Below are positions 15,714 through 25,849 of a stretch of 33,812 nucleotides of DNA, piece by piece; position 1 is the first letter of the stretch; each line of letters begins with the position of its first letter. Position numbers and translations under genes: made by a program. This stretch comes from a virus (lineage: Duplodnaviria; Caudoviricetes): positions 1-33,812 of IMG/VR virus record IMGVR_UViG_3300017716_001831; one strand, written 5' to 3'. Below the pieces are notes generated by a model. The model saw only the letters and a program-made list of their open reading frames with translations, searched no databases and had not been told where the DNA came from.

Positions 15714-16619
15714 TCACCCCCACGCATGACCACGCACCCAACCCACAGGAAGCGGACTGAACCTCTTACACGTACCAGAAGGCCCGAAAGCGTTTGCCCA
15801 GATAGACCCGCCACCAAACGTGATGCCCCACCACCTGTTCACAGTTGTGATTGTTTGCTTCACAGTCAACGAGGTGGGATCAATAACATATATTTCGCCT
15901 GCAATATCGGCAGCGATAATGTTTGTTCCGTCATCAGTGACCCCATCAACAGATGATATTGACAAGGTGATTGTGGTCAGAGCGTTTGTTGTCGGGTTGA
16001 TGCGTTGAAGGCCAGAGCCGGTGATGCTCCAAACGTACCCAAACGCATAATGCAAAAACGCAGACCCAAGAGTGATACCTGTTGTTAGTGTCGTGACAGT
16101 GTTTGTTGCTGGGTCAATCTTGTGTATCACTGTGAGTGCTGCGCCATAGAACCAAACATTGGTGCCGTCATCTACAAAGTTGTAACCATAGCTAAGCCCG
16201 CTTGGAGAGGCATATGTTTCTGCAAGTGTGGTCGTGTTGAATCTTCGGTAGCGGCCACTGCTACTCAACAAACTCACCCACATTTCACCAGCGCCCATAC
16301 CAATACCAATAGGCCGAAGCCCGTTTGTTGTGTAAAGAGATGCTGTGACTGTGTTTGTTGCGGGGTCAATCCGTGAAACGCTGCCGTCTGTAAAATCTGC
16401 AGATGCAACCCAGACGTTCCCTAGATCATCTTCAGCCAGCGCACTTATTCCAACAAAAATGCCAACAGCTGTGATCGTTGCTGTCACAGTGTTTGTTGAA
16501 GGGTCAATTCTGCTGATTGAACCTGAACCGTTGTTGCCCACCCAGATTGAACCATTGCTATACAAAACAGGAATTGGGTTTGATTGAACAGGAACACTTG
16601 CTTTCAGTACATACGTCAT
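15714..16619 (-). CDS. YVTN/Vgb-like beta-propeller protein (possible receptor-binding or tail protein)
   Basis: Repeated WV...SRIDP.TNTVT blades. Confidence 0.75.
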   Translation of the reverse strand: MTYVLKASVPVQSNPIPVLYSNGSIWVGNNGSGSISRIDPSTNTVTATITAVGIFVGISALAEDDLGNVWVASADFTDGSVSRIDPATNTVTASLYTTNGLRPIGIGMGAGEMWVSLLSSSGRYRRFNTTTLAETYASPSGLSYGYNFVDDGTNVWFYGAALTVIHKIDPATNTVTTLTTGITLGSAFLHYAFGYVWSITGSGLQRINPTTNALTTITLSISSVDGVTDDGTNIIAADIAGEIYVIDPTSLTVKQTITTVNRWWGITFGGGSIWANAFGPSGTCKRFSPLPVGWVRGHAWG

Positions 16620-16625
16620 CTCAGA

Positions 16626-18956
16626 TCATTCCCATATGAGACGGCCAACAGGTTGCACATCCTCGCCAGAAGCAAAAGCCGCCCACACCTGCACACCCAA
16701 CAGGCCGCCACCAACACCCTTGTTCACGAGCCTGAACGCCAGCTGATCGTTGGCTTGGAATGTGTGGTCCATTGTGAGGTATGTGGATGTGAACTCGCCT
16801 GCAGCAATGAACATGGAAACGTCTAGCTGTGCACCGTTCTTTAGCATGATTACTTCTATGGCTGATGTGAGCGTGCCTAGCTGCCCGATCTTGATGTAGG
16901 TCAATCTGACAGGCCGTTGGAAAATCTCAGGTGTTGACTGCCCCTTCAAAGGATCTTCGGTGTAGCTCACGAGTTCACCCTGCGAGAACCCGTCAATGCG
17001 GTACAGCTGGACAAGGCCACTGGTTCCACCATCAGCCAGCCAGCGTGAAGGTGTCGCCACCTTTGACAAACCAGCAAGCGCCCCTGGTACTCCACGCTTC
17101 AACATTGCAGCGATCCTGTCAGCGTCCTGTTCGGATGCTGAAGCAAGTTCAAACGAGAGTGCGACAAACCCGTTTGAATCCTCTGACACATCCAACGTTT
17201 TCAGGCGCACGTTCTCAGCGCCAGCACCGTTCTTATACAGGACAATGGTGTCGCCAATGCGGTAGTTCAAATACGGTGCATCGCCAGCGTAGATAGCAGA
17301 CACGGAAAGCGATTGTGTGCGAGCTGCGAACAGTTCCAACTGTGCTGCCGCAACTGCTTGTGCTGATGCAAGGTCACGCACATCAGCTATCTGAAACGCT
17401 GCCTCAATAATCCCAAACAAGGCAACCTGTGCCGCATCTGATGAAACAAACTGCCCGCCAGAAAAGGTACACACCAAAGTGTTGGGTTGCGGTGGACGCT
17501 TGTCACGAGTCACAGCTTGCAGATTTACACCAGCCTCAATGCCAGCGGCAGAAGTACCGCCACGCCCAAAAGCAAACGCATCAAGTGTTAGCCCTGCGGC
17601 AGCCATCCCAAACTCATAACCCAGATTTTGTAACTGCTGGCAGACATCCCAAATGGTGTCACCAACACGCACAGAGAACACATCCAAGGCAGGCCAGCCC
17701 ATCCCATCAGAATCAACTGTGGCACTGAACCCGACCGTGAACCCTGCAGGCAAAGAACCCCTAGCGATAGCCTCATTGATCAGTGTAATGAGTACTGTGC
17801 CCGCCGTGGGGTTGGGTATCACAGCAGGGTTGTCCAACGCATACCAAGAAGTATCAGATGCCATCACGAGTGTTGAAGCCGTGAGCACTGTTTGTGGTGA
17901 TTGAATCGAATGCAGGTTGAGTGCGAAGCAGTGTTCACGGTTCACTGTTGCAAGGGTGCCTGGTAGGGCTGATAGGTCTGGGCCTGCGATGTGCTCAAGT
18001 TCGACAGCGAACACATGGTCACCAGCGGTTAGTTCGATATTTGCCCGCCATGGTGAACGCCACGAGTCTGAGTATTCTTTGGAGTCGTAGAGTTGGATGC
18101 CGTCAACATAGATTCTGCCGCCAGAGTACATTGCTAACCAAAGGTCATACAGGCCATCTGATGCGACAGTGAACGTGCGTTTGAACAGGGTTGTGCGCAC
18201 ATCTGATGCTGCGATCCTGCCAACAAAACCTTGTATTGGTGTGGTTGACCCGATAGGCCAACCGTCAGGCGGTAGCCAAGGTTCAAACCATTCAGGCTGT
18301 GTGTTAGGTGTGCGCCACGCCAAAGACATTGCGTATGAGCGTGGTGTTGCTGCAGCCCAACCAGTTGTCGAACCTTCAGCTGAGTGCCATGCGAACGTGC
18401 GCAAGTCTGATGCAGGGATCTTCCCTAAACCGTTCTGTGGGTACACTGTCGCCCTGTCCAGAATGGACCGCACATCCAAACAGGTAACCTCAAACACCTT
18501 GTCAGAATCTTTGATGTCTGTTTCAACAACCTGCGTGGAAACGATACGACCAGTCCACGCCAGCGTTGTGCCAAGCGTGAACCTTAGGTGCCTGCCTAGT
18601 GTCATACCTGATGTTGCGCTGATGTCCGCTGCAGTTGCATAGGGCATGCTGATCTTGCCTTGGCTTAGCGAGTCCAGGCTGTCTTGCCATTTGCGTGAAC
18701 CAAGGATCGTGGTTGGCGTTGAGATCGCAGTGGCGTTGTTTGTGTCGAACAGTTGGACGCTGATAGCTGGCACTGGTGCAGCGTTCGGTGCTGGTGCGGC
18801 AGGTGTGGTGTCAGCGAAAAAGCCACGCACCGATGGCGCACGCACGATTGCTGGTAGTGCTGCGGTCTTGTTTCCTTGCACTGCTGTGAACGCAAGCGGT
18901 GCAGGAGCGCCAAGCGCTCGTGGTGTGAGGAAAGGAAACGCAAGGGTTTGCGCCAT
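16626..18956 (-). CDS. large minor tail protein (hub/Tal-like with inserted beta-sandwich domain)
   Basis: 776 aa, located after tape measure and Dit; WTGRI, YRIGDTI and LFKRTFTV...IYVDG...LTAGDHVFAVE segments. Confidence 0.7.
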   Translation of the reverse strand: MAQTLAFPFLTPRALGAPAPLAFTAVQGNKTAALPAIVRAPSVRGFFADTTPAAPAPNAAPVPAISVQLFDTNNATAISTPTTILGSRKWQDSLDSLSQGKISMPYATAADISATSGMTLGRHLRFTLGTTLAWTGRIVSTQVVETDIKDSDKVFEVTCLDVRSILDRATVYPQNGLGKIPASDLRTFAWHSAEGSTTGWAAATPRSYAMSLAWRTPNTQPEWFEPWLPPDGWPIGSTTPIQGFVGRIAASDVRTTLFKRTFTVASDGLYDLWLAMYSGGRIYVDGIQLYDSKEYSDSWRSPWRANIELTAGDHVFAVELEHIAGPDLSALPGTLATVNREHCFALNLHSIQSPQTVLTASTLVMASDTSWYALDNPAVIPNPTAGTVLITLINEAIARGSLPAGFTVGFSATVDSDGMGWPALDVFSVRVGDTIWDVCQQLQNLGYEFGMAAAGLTLDAFAFGRGGTSAAGIEAGVNLQAVTRDKRPPQPNTLVCTFSGGQFVSSDAAQVALFGIIEAAFQIADVRDLASAQAVAAAQLELFAARTQSLSVSAIYAGDAPYLNYRIGDTIVLYKNGAGAENVRLKTLDVSEDSNGFVALSFELASASEQDADRIAAMLKRGVPGALAGLSKVATPSRWLADGGTSGLVQLYRIDGFSQGELVSYTEDPLKGQSTPEIFQRPVRLTYIKIGQLGTLTSAIEVIMLKNGAQLDVSMFIAAGEFTSTYLTMDHTFQANDQLAFRLVNKGVGGGLLGVQVWAAFASGEDVQPVGRLIWE

Positions 18957-19354
18957 CAGATAGCGATAAGGCCCGTGGCTGAAAGTGTGAGCGTGATATT
19001 GGTGCCGTCAGGTACAACAGCGAACGCTGCGCCAGCTGCAGTGGCGTTCCAGAAACAGATCAACGCTGATGTGGAACTGGTGCCAGTGTCTTTGAACATC
19101 GCAAAGCTCACGATGGTTGAACCCGAAACGGCTGTGAACACTGGATCTGCTGCGTCGAGCACCCCACCTGTTGAAGTTTTTGATGAGAGGTTTGCGGATG
19201 TTGCGACAACGCCTGAGAGGTCGTTGCGGAAATCGTGCGCAGCGGAGTAAACGTAGGTGCTGCTCATTGCGACGATCTTGATGTCATCGACCAGGTAGTC
19301 GATGTCTGCATCTGCAAAGGCTTTCATGCCCGTTGGGTAAACGACGTTTGCCAT
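18956..19354 (-). CDS. minor tail/virion protein
   Basis: Located in the tail module; DDIKIV...DAADPVF...P.GTNIT pattern typical of small virion proteins. Confidence 0.6.
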   Translation of the reverse strand: MANVVYPTGMKAFADADIDYLVDDIKIVAMSSTYVYSAAHDFRNDLSGVVATSANLSSKTSTGGVLDAADPVFTAVSGSTIVSFAMFKDTGTSSTSALICFWNATAAGAAFAVVPDGTNITLTLSATGLIAI

Positions 19355-19375
19355 GTGGTTAACCTTCTCTTTGGA

Positions 19376-19828
19376 TCATGCGAGTACGCCTGCTGGTACT
19401 GAAACCTCGAGCACTGCAAGCGCCCATTTTGCGGTCGGTACAACCTCACCAATGGTCAGACCGAGGATATGTACTGGCCCTGTGAGCGTTGCCCCTGATG
19501 GCAGTGTGAGTATCGCTGTGCGAGTACCGTCAGTTGTTGCCGGTATGTTCGTGAAGTTTGTTGCGATGTACGCAAGGTTGGTTTTGAGCCGTGCCGGATA
19601 GTCACTGTCAGGCGTGCCGCTGGTTGACACCTCACCGGAGATGATGAGCTCGAGGCTGTGTGTCGTTGGTTGCACCAGTGGTTTGCGTGCGGTCATACCA
19701 GTGACACCAGCGAGTTTAATGTTTGACGCTTCTAGTTGTGCAGGTTGCCAGAACGTCCAAATGTTTCGGATCTTGATCGCACTGTTACCAAGTGCCACGG
19801 CATCGAACGTGATTGAGGATGCGGTCAC
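19376..19828 (-). CDS. putative distal tail protein
   Basis: Directly downstream of the tape measure gene (GTGA overlap). Confidence 0.55.
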   Translation of the reverse strand: MTASSITFDAVALGNSAIKIRNIWTFWQPAQLEASNIKLAGVTGMTARKPLVQPTTHSLELIISGEVSTSGTPDSDYPARLKTNLAYIATNFTNIPATTDGTRTAILTLPSGATLTGPVHILGLTIGEVVPTAKWALAVLEVSVPAGVLA

Positions 19829-22482
19829 AGCGCACCAGCCAGGAACAGTGAAGCCTTGTTGGCCCTGATGACTTCTAGCGCTGTCTGGCGTGGTGAACTG
19901 GTTTCGTTGATCGTGATGTTATTTGTCATACCACGACCACCCCCACCGCTAACCAGCTGAGACACACCCTGCACAAGTGATTGTGCGTTCGCTGCGTTCA
20001 TAATGAACCCGTTCGAGTTAGGCATGAACAACTCACGGCCACGCTCATTCACCATGTAAGTACGACCGCCACCAACAGGCCCACCCAACGCACGCCCAAT
20101 AATACCGTTAAAGTTGAAATCTAAACCTGTGGCGATCTCATCAGGTTGCAAAGGCAAAGAGTTGGGATTCATGCCAGCAGGTATTCTGCTGCCACCCGTA
20201 CCAGCTGGTTGAGGGTTACCAGGGTTCAGCAGGCCACCCTCACCGAACAAGCCGCCCGGACCAAACAGATTGCCTGGTGAAACCACCTTTGTAGGAATCT
20301 TCACAGGGTTCTGATCGGCTTGCGCTTGAGCAGTAGCCAAAGCGGCGTTCAACTCAGGTGCAAGATTCGGGTTCGCTTCGATCACCAGTTTCATCTCAGC
20401 AGGAGACAACTGCCCTGTGAACGCCTTAACCAGCAGTTCTGCCATAGCGAACTCACCAGAATCAATAAACTCCTGAACAGCAATCTTGATCTCAGGTTGG
20501 TTTTCATTAAGCTCTGCTTCAAACAGGGCAAGCAGGTTATACAACTTCAGCTTTTCTTCTTCTTTCAAACTGAGCCTGACAGCCGCTTCGATCTGCAACT
20601 CACCCAAACCGGCAAGACCGATGTACTCAGAAATCTGCTCAGCAGGAATACCAGCATTCTTGAGTACCTCTTCAAGCCTTGACCGGAAGATGCCACCGAG
20701 CAGACGTGGATCGCCGCCAGTTGAAACAGCCTGCTCGAGTACGCTCCCAGCCTTCTCACCAAACTCAATTACAGACTCAACAGCTTTGTTCTGCTCGTCG
20801 GTGTAATCGCCCAACGCAGACTTGATCACATCAAACTCTTTAGGCAGATCGTTCAGCGTGTTGAACAGTCCTTTGTACGCATCGTTCATACCGAACGCTG
20901 CAGTGGCCTGATCGTCCAATGTTGATGTTTCCTCAATAGCTTTTGTGAACGCTGCCGCACGATCAGCGCCAAGCTTCTGTGTTGCGGCAATGAACTGCAA
21001 CTGGCGGTCGTAATTAGCTGTACTGATTGTTGCTTCTTCAGTAGCGGCAGTTGTTTCATCAATCTGACCAGCGTTGATCTCTGCCGCCTTGCCACTATCA
21101 CGCAAACCTTTGCGACTGTTCTCTAAGAACTCAACAAACTTTGCCCGTTGCCGTTCCGCTTCAACCCCGCCACCCGTGCCAAGATCAGCACCCTTAAGGA
21201 GATCCAAAGCACCTTGCACACCTTTGTTGTCGCCCGCTGCTTTGAGTTTGTTGATCGCAGCAGTAGCACTATCAATCTGGATAATCTGACCATCAAGATT
21301 AAACGTGCCAGACGTTTTACTAAAGTTGAAAACGTCGAGCGTTTTATCACCAAAATCTGAAAGTTTGTCGATTGCACCGTCAGTGCTTTTCGCCAACTCT
21401 GCGAACGAGCCTGCAGTGATCGACCCTGTCGATGCGGTTTCTAAAGCGATCTGAGCAAGGATTGCCTCAACCCTTGCGGCGTTAACGCTTGCCTCATCTA
21501 AAGCTTGAGCTAACTGGTAAATCGCTATTGCTGCGCCAGCGGCACCGATAGCTGCAGCGGCCTTGCCAACATTTGTAAGTGAACGTGTCGCAGTTCCACT
21601 AACCATTGATACTTGTGTGAACTGGTCACGCATCTTGATGACAGCACCAGTGCCAACAGACAAAGCACCAACAAGGCCCGCACCGATAGCGCCCATAGTT
21701 GCAAGCTTGCCAGCAGTTTCACCGACCTTCGGGTTCACATCACCAGCTGCAGCACCAATACTCAAGATCGGGTTGACCACATCGAGCACGCCTTTACCGA
21801 CAGACTCTTTGAGCTCACCAAACTTGTTCTTCATGATGTCAAGCTGGCCTGCAAACGTCGCACCTTCTGACTCAGCAAACCCGCCGACAGAAGAAGCCAA
21901 CGCAGCAATCGTGTTCTCAGTAGCGGTAGCACCGCCACCAAGGTCCACAACCTCGATGCCCATTTTCTTTAACGCACCAGCTGAACCGTCGGATGCCTTG
22001 CCGACCGCTTTTGCAGCGCTGTCGAGATCGATGCCAAGTTTCCTCGACAAGTCAACAACCAAAGGTGTCAGTTTTTCTGTCTCTGAAGATGTGCGACCGA
22101 ACTGCACAAGCAAAGCCTGCGCCGAAACAATCGCATCATCATCAGCAACAGTGACCTTCATTAGCGCTGATGCTTGGTCACGCAAAGCTTTGCCGTTACC
22201 AGCAAAAGCATTCTCACTGTTCTTGATCGAGTTAGTCAGCTTCAACTGCTGCGTCTCAGCCGCAGAAGCCTCTTTAGCAAACATCGCCAAACCGGCACCG
22301 AGTGCCGCAGCGCCAACAACCGCACCAGCACCAAAGCTAGTCAGCTTTGCGCTCATGCGATCCATTGACTTAGTGGCTTTGCCGAGCTCACGATCAGCAG
22401 TGTTGCCAATCTTTTTAAACTCACGCACAGCACCACTGGCATCAGCGTCGATGAGGATCTGTAAACGTTCAAGTAGAGCCAC
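19825..22482 (-). CDS. tape measure protein
   Basis: 885 aa Ala/Gly-rich helical protein after the chaperone; C-term RALGGPV...YMVNERGRELFMP. Confidence 0.92.
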   Translation of the reverse strand: MALLERLQILIDADASGAVREFKKIGNTADRELGKATKSMDRMSAKLTSFGAGAVVGAAALGAGLAMFAKEASAAETQQLKLTNSIKNSENAFAGNGKALRDQASALMKVTVADDDAIVSAQALLVQFGRTSSETEKLTPLVVDLSRKLGIDLDSAAKAVGKASDGSAGALKKMGIEVVDLGGGATATENTIAALASSVGGFAESEGATFAGQLDIMKNKFGELKESVGKGVLDVVNPILSIGAAAGDVNPKVGETAGKLATMGAIGAGLVGALSVGTGAVIKMRDQFTQVSMVSGTATRSLTNVGKAAAAIGAAGAAIAIYQLAQALDEASVNAARVEAILAQIALETASTGSITAGSFAELAKSTDGAIDKLSDFGDKTLDVFNFSKTSGTFNLDGQIIQIDSATAAINKLKAAGDNKGVQGALDLLKGADLGTGGGVEAERQRAKFVEFLENSRKGLRDSGKAAEINAGQIDETTAATEEATISTANYDRQLQFIAATQKLGADRAAAFTKAIEETSTLDDQATAAFGMNDAYKGLFNTLNDLPKEFDVIKSALGDYTDEQNKAVESVIEFGEKAGSVLEQAVSTGGDPRLLGGIFRSRLEEVLKNAGIPAEQISEYIGLAGLGELQIEAAVRLSLKEEEKLKLYNLLALFEAELNENQPEIKIAVQEFIDSGEFAMAELLVKAFTGQLSPAEMKLVIEANPNLAPELNAALATAQAQADQNPVKIPTKVVSPGNLFGPGGLFGEGGLLNPGNPQPAGTGGSRIPAGMNPNSLPLQPDEIATGLDFNFNGIIGRALGGPVGGGRTYMVNERGRELFMPNSNGFIMNAANAQSLVQGVSQLVSGGGGRGMTNNITINETSSPRQTALEVIRANKASLFLAGAL

Positions 22483-22609
22483 TGCTCACCGCCTCGCTAA
22501 GAAGTCTGAGATCCCGAATGCTTAAGCTTCGGGTTTGTTCTGGGGTCCACTGGAATCGTAGGGCACACCAGACGACCCAGCTGTCTGTGGATCGTCCTCC
22601 CCTTTTGGG
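22469..22609 (-). other. programmed -1 frameshift extension (gpGT-like)
   Basis: C-CCA-AAA at 22609-22603; -1 frame reads PKRGGRSTDSWVVWCALRFQWTPEQTRSLSIRDLRLLSEAVSSGST* to 22469. Confidence 0.8.
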
Positions 22610-22884
22610 ATAGGCCCTTCATAAATCTCAGGCATATCATCAGGCACCTGGACAAACACATCGGTCAACATCCGCACGGTTAGCACAGCAGGCTCAACGC
22701 CTTGTTGTGCGCATGCTGCCGCATAGATGTACTTCGCATTCTTCGCACTTTTGAAAGGGTGCGATAGGAGCGCCCACCACTCCTCATCACAATCCGATTC
22801 AAGTTGCACCAGCTCATCAAGCGTAAAGTCAGAAAGCCTGACCTGCTTTTTGTCTGGAAGGTTGACGGCCCACTCGTCAGCCAT
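22522..22884 (-). CDS. tail assembly chaperone (gpG-like)
   Basis: Between tail tube and tape measure; contains slippery CCCAAAA. Confidence 0.8.
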   Translation of the reverse strand: MADEWAVNLPDKKQVRLSDFTLDELVQLESDCDEEWWALLSHPFKSAKNAKYIYAAACAQQGVEPAVLTVRMLTDVFVQVPDDMPEIYEGPIPKGEDDPQTAGSSGVPYDSSGPQNKPEA

Positions 22885-22886
22885 GA

Positions 22887-23297
22887 TCAGGTGCCAACGC
22901 TGCTGATCGTTGATGCAGCGGAACCAGTGCCGCTGATCTCAACTGCACCAGATACGGTCTGCGTGATCGACAGATCGAAGTGCGCAAGCCCGAAGAAGTA
23001 CTGAGCGTTGTCGGTCGATGGGTACAAGTAGAACTTTCGACCTGCAGCAACCGAGGTTGTGATGTTGAACTGCGAACCTGCAGCAGTGTCCCAAAATCCA
23101 CCGAAGGAAATTGACCCATCTGGAAGACCTACAACGTAGGTCTTCGAGCCGTCACCGAACGAGGTCACTTCGGTCTTGTCGGTTGTTGAATCCAAGCCCC
23201 ATGTGTTGAGGTTTGCAATCGGTGTAGCGGAACCGTTGCCTGCTGACGAGTTGTCTGCGTAGACCCGGCCTTTTCTGCCACTGATCGGATTAGCCAT
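22887..23297 (-). CDS. major tail (tube) protein
   Basis: ISGRKG.V...W.LD...EVTSFGD..KTYVVGL.DG.ISF.G.WD pattern. Confidence 0.85.
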   Translation of the reverse strand: MANPISGRKGRVYADNSSAGNGSATPIANLNTWGLDSTTDKTEVTSFGDGSKTYVVGLPDGSISFGGFWDTAAGSQFNITTSVAAGRKFYLYPSTDNAQYFFGLAHFDLSITQTVSGAVEISGTGSAASTISSVGT

Positions 23298-24336
23298 GTG
23301 TTTCTTCTTTCACTAGGCCACAAGCCTCTAGAAGCTTGTGGGCATTATTTGGAAACGTGCGATCAGTGACCACTCGTTTTGCCTGCTCAGCGGCAATTTG
23401 CCGCTCAACGGGATTCTCAAGAGCCCAGCGTATTAGCTCGCCAAGTTCTTCAGGACTATTAAAAGTAGGGAGCATCGGAAAGAGCTCGTCAGACTCACCA
23501 CGAGATTGCCGTGCGAACCAAGTACCAGATGCTGCAAGCTCGATCTCACGAGGCCCAACAGACCAACCATCAGCACCATCGGAGATGTCACCGTTGTTCT
23601 CGGTACGGTAAATGTTGAACGATGTCAGAGCGCCACGGTACAAGTGTGCGGTCTGTGCGTTATCAATGCAGTCTTCGATGTCATGCACAACACGATCAGC
23701 CAGGACTGTTGGCACGTTCTGCCAGTTACCAGCCAACGCAAGATCAATGCCGTCAAAGTTGCACCGCTCGAGGAAAGCAACCCTCGACGGGTAGCCCGTA
23801 CCGACAAACACACAATCGCTGTGGTAGTCCTCGTGTGCTTCGCCTTGAAAGTGAATGTCAGGCCGGTATGCGTGCGGTGTGTAAACCGCTGTTGTCAGCG
23901 TTGCGTACTGGCCCATGTTGGTCGGGTCGTTTAGTGCGACAGCGTCGAAGTGCGGTGCGATCAGCAGTTGCCGTGATTCCTCATACGGGCTCTCTGTCAT
24001 CACGCAAGCAGTTTTGATACCACGCCCACGACACACCTCAAGAAACTGCGGGTCAACGGTAAACCCGCTGACAAACACAATCAGTTGCGGCCACCAGTAC
24101 AACGCAGCCTGTGGCAGACCACTAATCGCAAACGAATACACGCTCTCTGGTTTCGGGAACGCTTTAATAAAGCTGCCGTCATCCATACCAAGGTGCGCTA
24201 TCGCAGCCCATGTCAAACGGTCACCCAGATTGTACTGCTGGACCTCGTGACCTAACTGCTCGAAACCCTCAACCCAACCATCATGCACATCTTGCACCGA
24301 GAAGTTAGGACCAGGGTGCACAACAAGTATGCGCAT
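23290..24336 (-). CDS. CgeB/YkvP-like GT-B glycosyltransferase (Glyco_trans_1_2)
   Basis: MRILVV...LGHEV; DCVFVGT.YPSR; LYRGA..SFNIYR; PREIELAASG; FNSPEEL...ER. Confidence 0.85.
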   Translation of the reverse strand: MRILVVHPGPNFSVQDVHDGWVEGFEQLGHEVQQYNLGDRLTWAAIAHLGMDDGSFIKAFPKPESVYSFAISGLPQAALYWWPQLIVFVSGFTVDPQFLEVCRGRGIKTACVMTESPYEESRQLLIAPHFDAVALNDPTNMGQYATLTTAVYTPHAYRPDIHFQGEAHEDYHSDCVFVGTGYPSRVAFLERCNFDGIDLALAGNWQNVPTVLADRVVHDIEDCIDNAQTAHLYRGALTSFNIYRTENNGDISDGADGWSVGPREIELAASGTWFARQSRGESDELFPMLPTFNSPEELGELIRWALENPVERQIAAEQAKRVVTDRTFPNNAHKLLEACGLVKEETHG

Positions 24337-24839
24337 TACCTGCGTGCCGCCTCGAGCAGTGCGAGTTTCTGTGTCCTCTTATACGCCTGCATCGCACCTG
24401 CACTGCTTGAACGAATACCGTTTGACCACGACCGCTGCCCCCTCATACCACGCACCGTTGCAGTAGTACCGAATATCTGGCCGTTACGACTCAGCACCTT
24501 CTTGCCCTGCTTCTTGCGAAGCTTAATCGGGTGAGTTGCCTCTCTAGTACCACTCTCCAGCAACCGCCACATGCCCAAAGGCCGAGCCTTTAACAGTGCG
24601 TTTGCATGTACTTTGCTGCCACCAACCTCGAACCCTGCGCCGAACCTTGGTGACGGCCCGTATGCGGGTGGTTTCTTCCACACACTGAACCGCAGATCCG
24701 AGCCAAGGAAACTAGCGGCAGATGTCAACACACCAGTTTTGTAAACAAGCGCAGCTGCAATCGTCGCCTTACGGTTCACATCGGTGAGGTTGTCACCGTA
24801 TGCGATCATCTTAAAACCGAAAGAATCAAGTGCGCTCAT
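24336..24839 (-). CDS. tail completion/neck protein (HK97 gp10-like)
   Basis: Basic protein with LLE.GT..H.I...V.G.RG..W pattern in the head-tail module. Confidence 0.6.
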   Translation of the reverse strand: MSALDSFGFKMIAYGDNLTDVNRKATIAAALVYKTGVLTSAASFLGSDLRFSVWKKPPAYGPSPRFGAGFEVGGSKVHANALLKARPLGMWRLLESGTREATHPIKLRKKQGKKVLSRNGQIFGTTATVRGMRGQRSWSNGIRSSSAGAMQAYKRTQKLALLEAARR

Positions 24840-25228
24840 GTTCGCACCGTCACACTCACATCTGCAGCGTAATAGGCCACATCGGCAACGGTGAGCTCAC
24901 GGTAACCGCCAATGGACTCAACAAAGAAGTTCATGCCAGGAGGTGTAGCGGATTCGATTGCGTCAACAACCGACCACGGCCCATCACTGTCGAGCATTGC
25001 GTCGAGGGTTCCGATCTGGTCAACGTGTTTGTGCGAGACAACAACGGTGATATCGGCTTTGGTTTCACGGTTCCCATCGAACGTGAGCGGTGTGATGTTG
25101 AATCCTGCGATGTAAGCGCATGGCGGGTTTACATCTTCTGGCGGGAACCGGTAAATGTTGAGCCCTGGCACTGCGTTAAGTGCTTGCGCTAATGCTTCTC
25201 GGATCTCGCCGTTCGTGATGTAACTCAT
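24836..25228 (-). CDS. tail terminator-like protein
   Basis: IREALA..L..VPGL..Y..PP..V.PP acidic protein in the head-tail module. Confidence 0.6.
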   Translation of the reverse strand: MSYITNGEIREALAQALNAVPGLNIYRFPPEDVNPPCAYIAGFNITPLTFDGNRETKADITVVVSHKHVDQIGTLDAMLDSDGPWSVVDAIESATPPGMNFFVESIGGYRELTVADVAYYAADVSVTVRT

Positions 25229-25845
25229 GCGATACCGAAGTTGCTTCCGTGCTTGTACGGTTGTAGGAGTTGGCGGGCCCTTGGTGGCATTGTCTGCGAA
25301 ACCCTCACAACACCAAACTCGCCAAAGCCTGCAACACCCAAAGGTGCTGATTCAAGCTTTGCGATCTCGGCGACGATAATCCTGCACGCCTGTTTCACAT
25401 CAAGCGGCACCTCAGGCCAACCCCACACACCAGTTATCTCAACCGTGTTCTGCCTCATGTTGAACGTCGGTACAGGCCACTGCACACCGCCGAGGAGTTG
25501 CAACGATTCGTATGGCTCATCTGCTTGCGGTGCGTTGTACGGCAACAACTGAAAACTCGTCGCACCGATGGTCGTGGAGTAGGTGCCACCGCCAGTCGGG
25601 TCTGTCTTCAGCGTAGTGACACTCACGAGATCGTTAAACGAACCGAAACCGAGCGAGTAGATGTCATCATCTGTAGCGAAGGTGCGTGCCTCGGTCACTT
25701 GGTAGAACTCTCGCCCGCAGTAACGGTCGATCATCCTCGAGCTCGACGTAACCACATCATCCAAAAGGCTTGTGTCTTGCACGAGGTTCTGGCCCACATA
25801 GGCGAGTGCTTCAGCTTGTGTGAGATAACCGTTTGTAATTGTCAT
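25225..25845 (-). CDS. head-to-tail adaptor (gp6/gp15-like)
   Basis: NGYLT..E...SRMIDRYCGR.F...VEITGVWGW.EVP.DVKQAC...LL.PY. Confidence 0.85.
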   Translation of the reverse strand: MTITNGYLTQAEALAYVGQNLVQDTSLLDDVVTSSSRMIDRYCGREFYQVTEARTFATDDDIYSLGFGSFNDLVSVTTLKTDPTGGGTYSTTIGATSFQLLPYNAPQADEPYESLQLLGGVQWPVPTFNMRQNTVEITGVWGWPEVPLDVKQACRIIVAEIAKLESAPLGVAGFGEFGVVRVSQTMPPRARQLLQPYKHGSNFGIA

Positions 25846-25849
25846 GCGT

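Noticed and set aside
21563-22525. Long plus-strand ORFs (e.g. 320 aa here, 273 aa at 26378, 265 aa at 13618, 239 aa at 32249)
   Set aside because: Antisense shadows of well-supported minus-strand genes, with no motifs or RBS.
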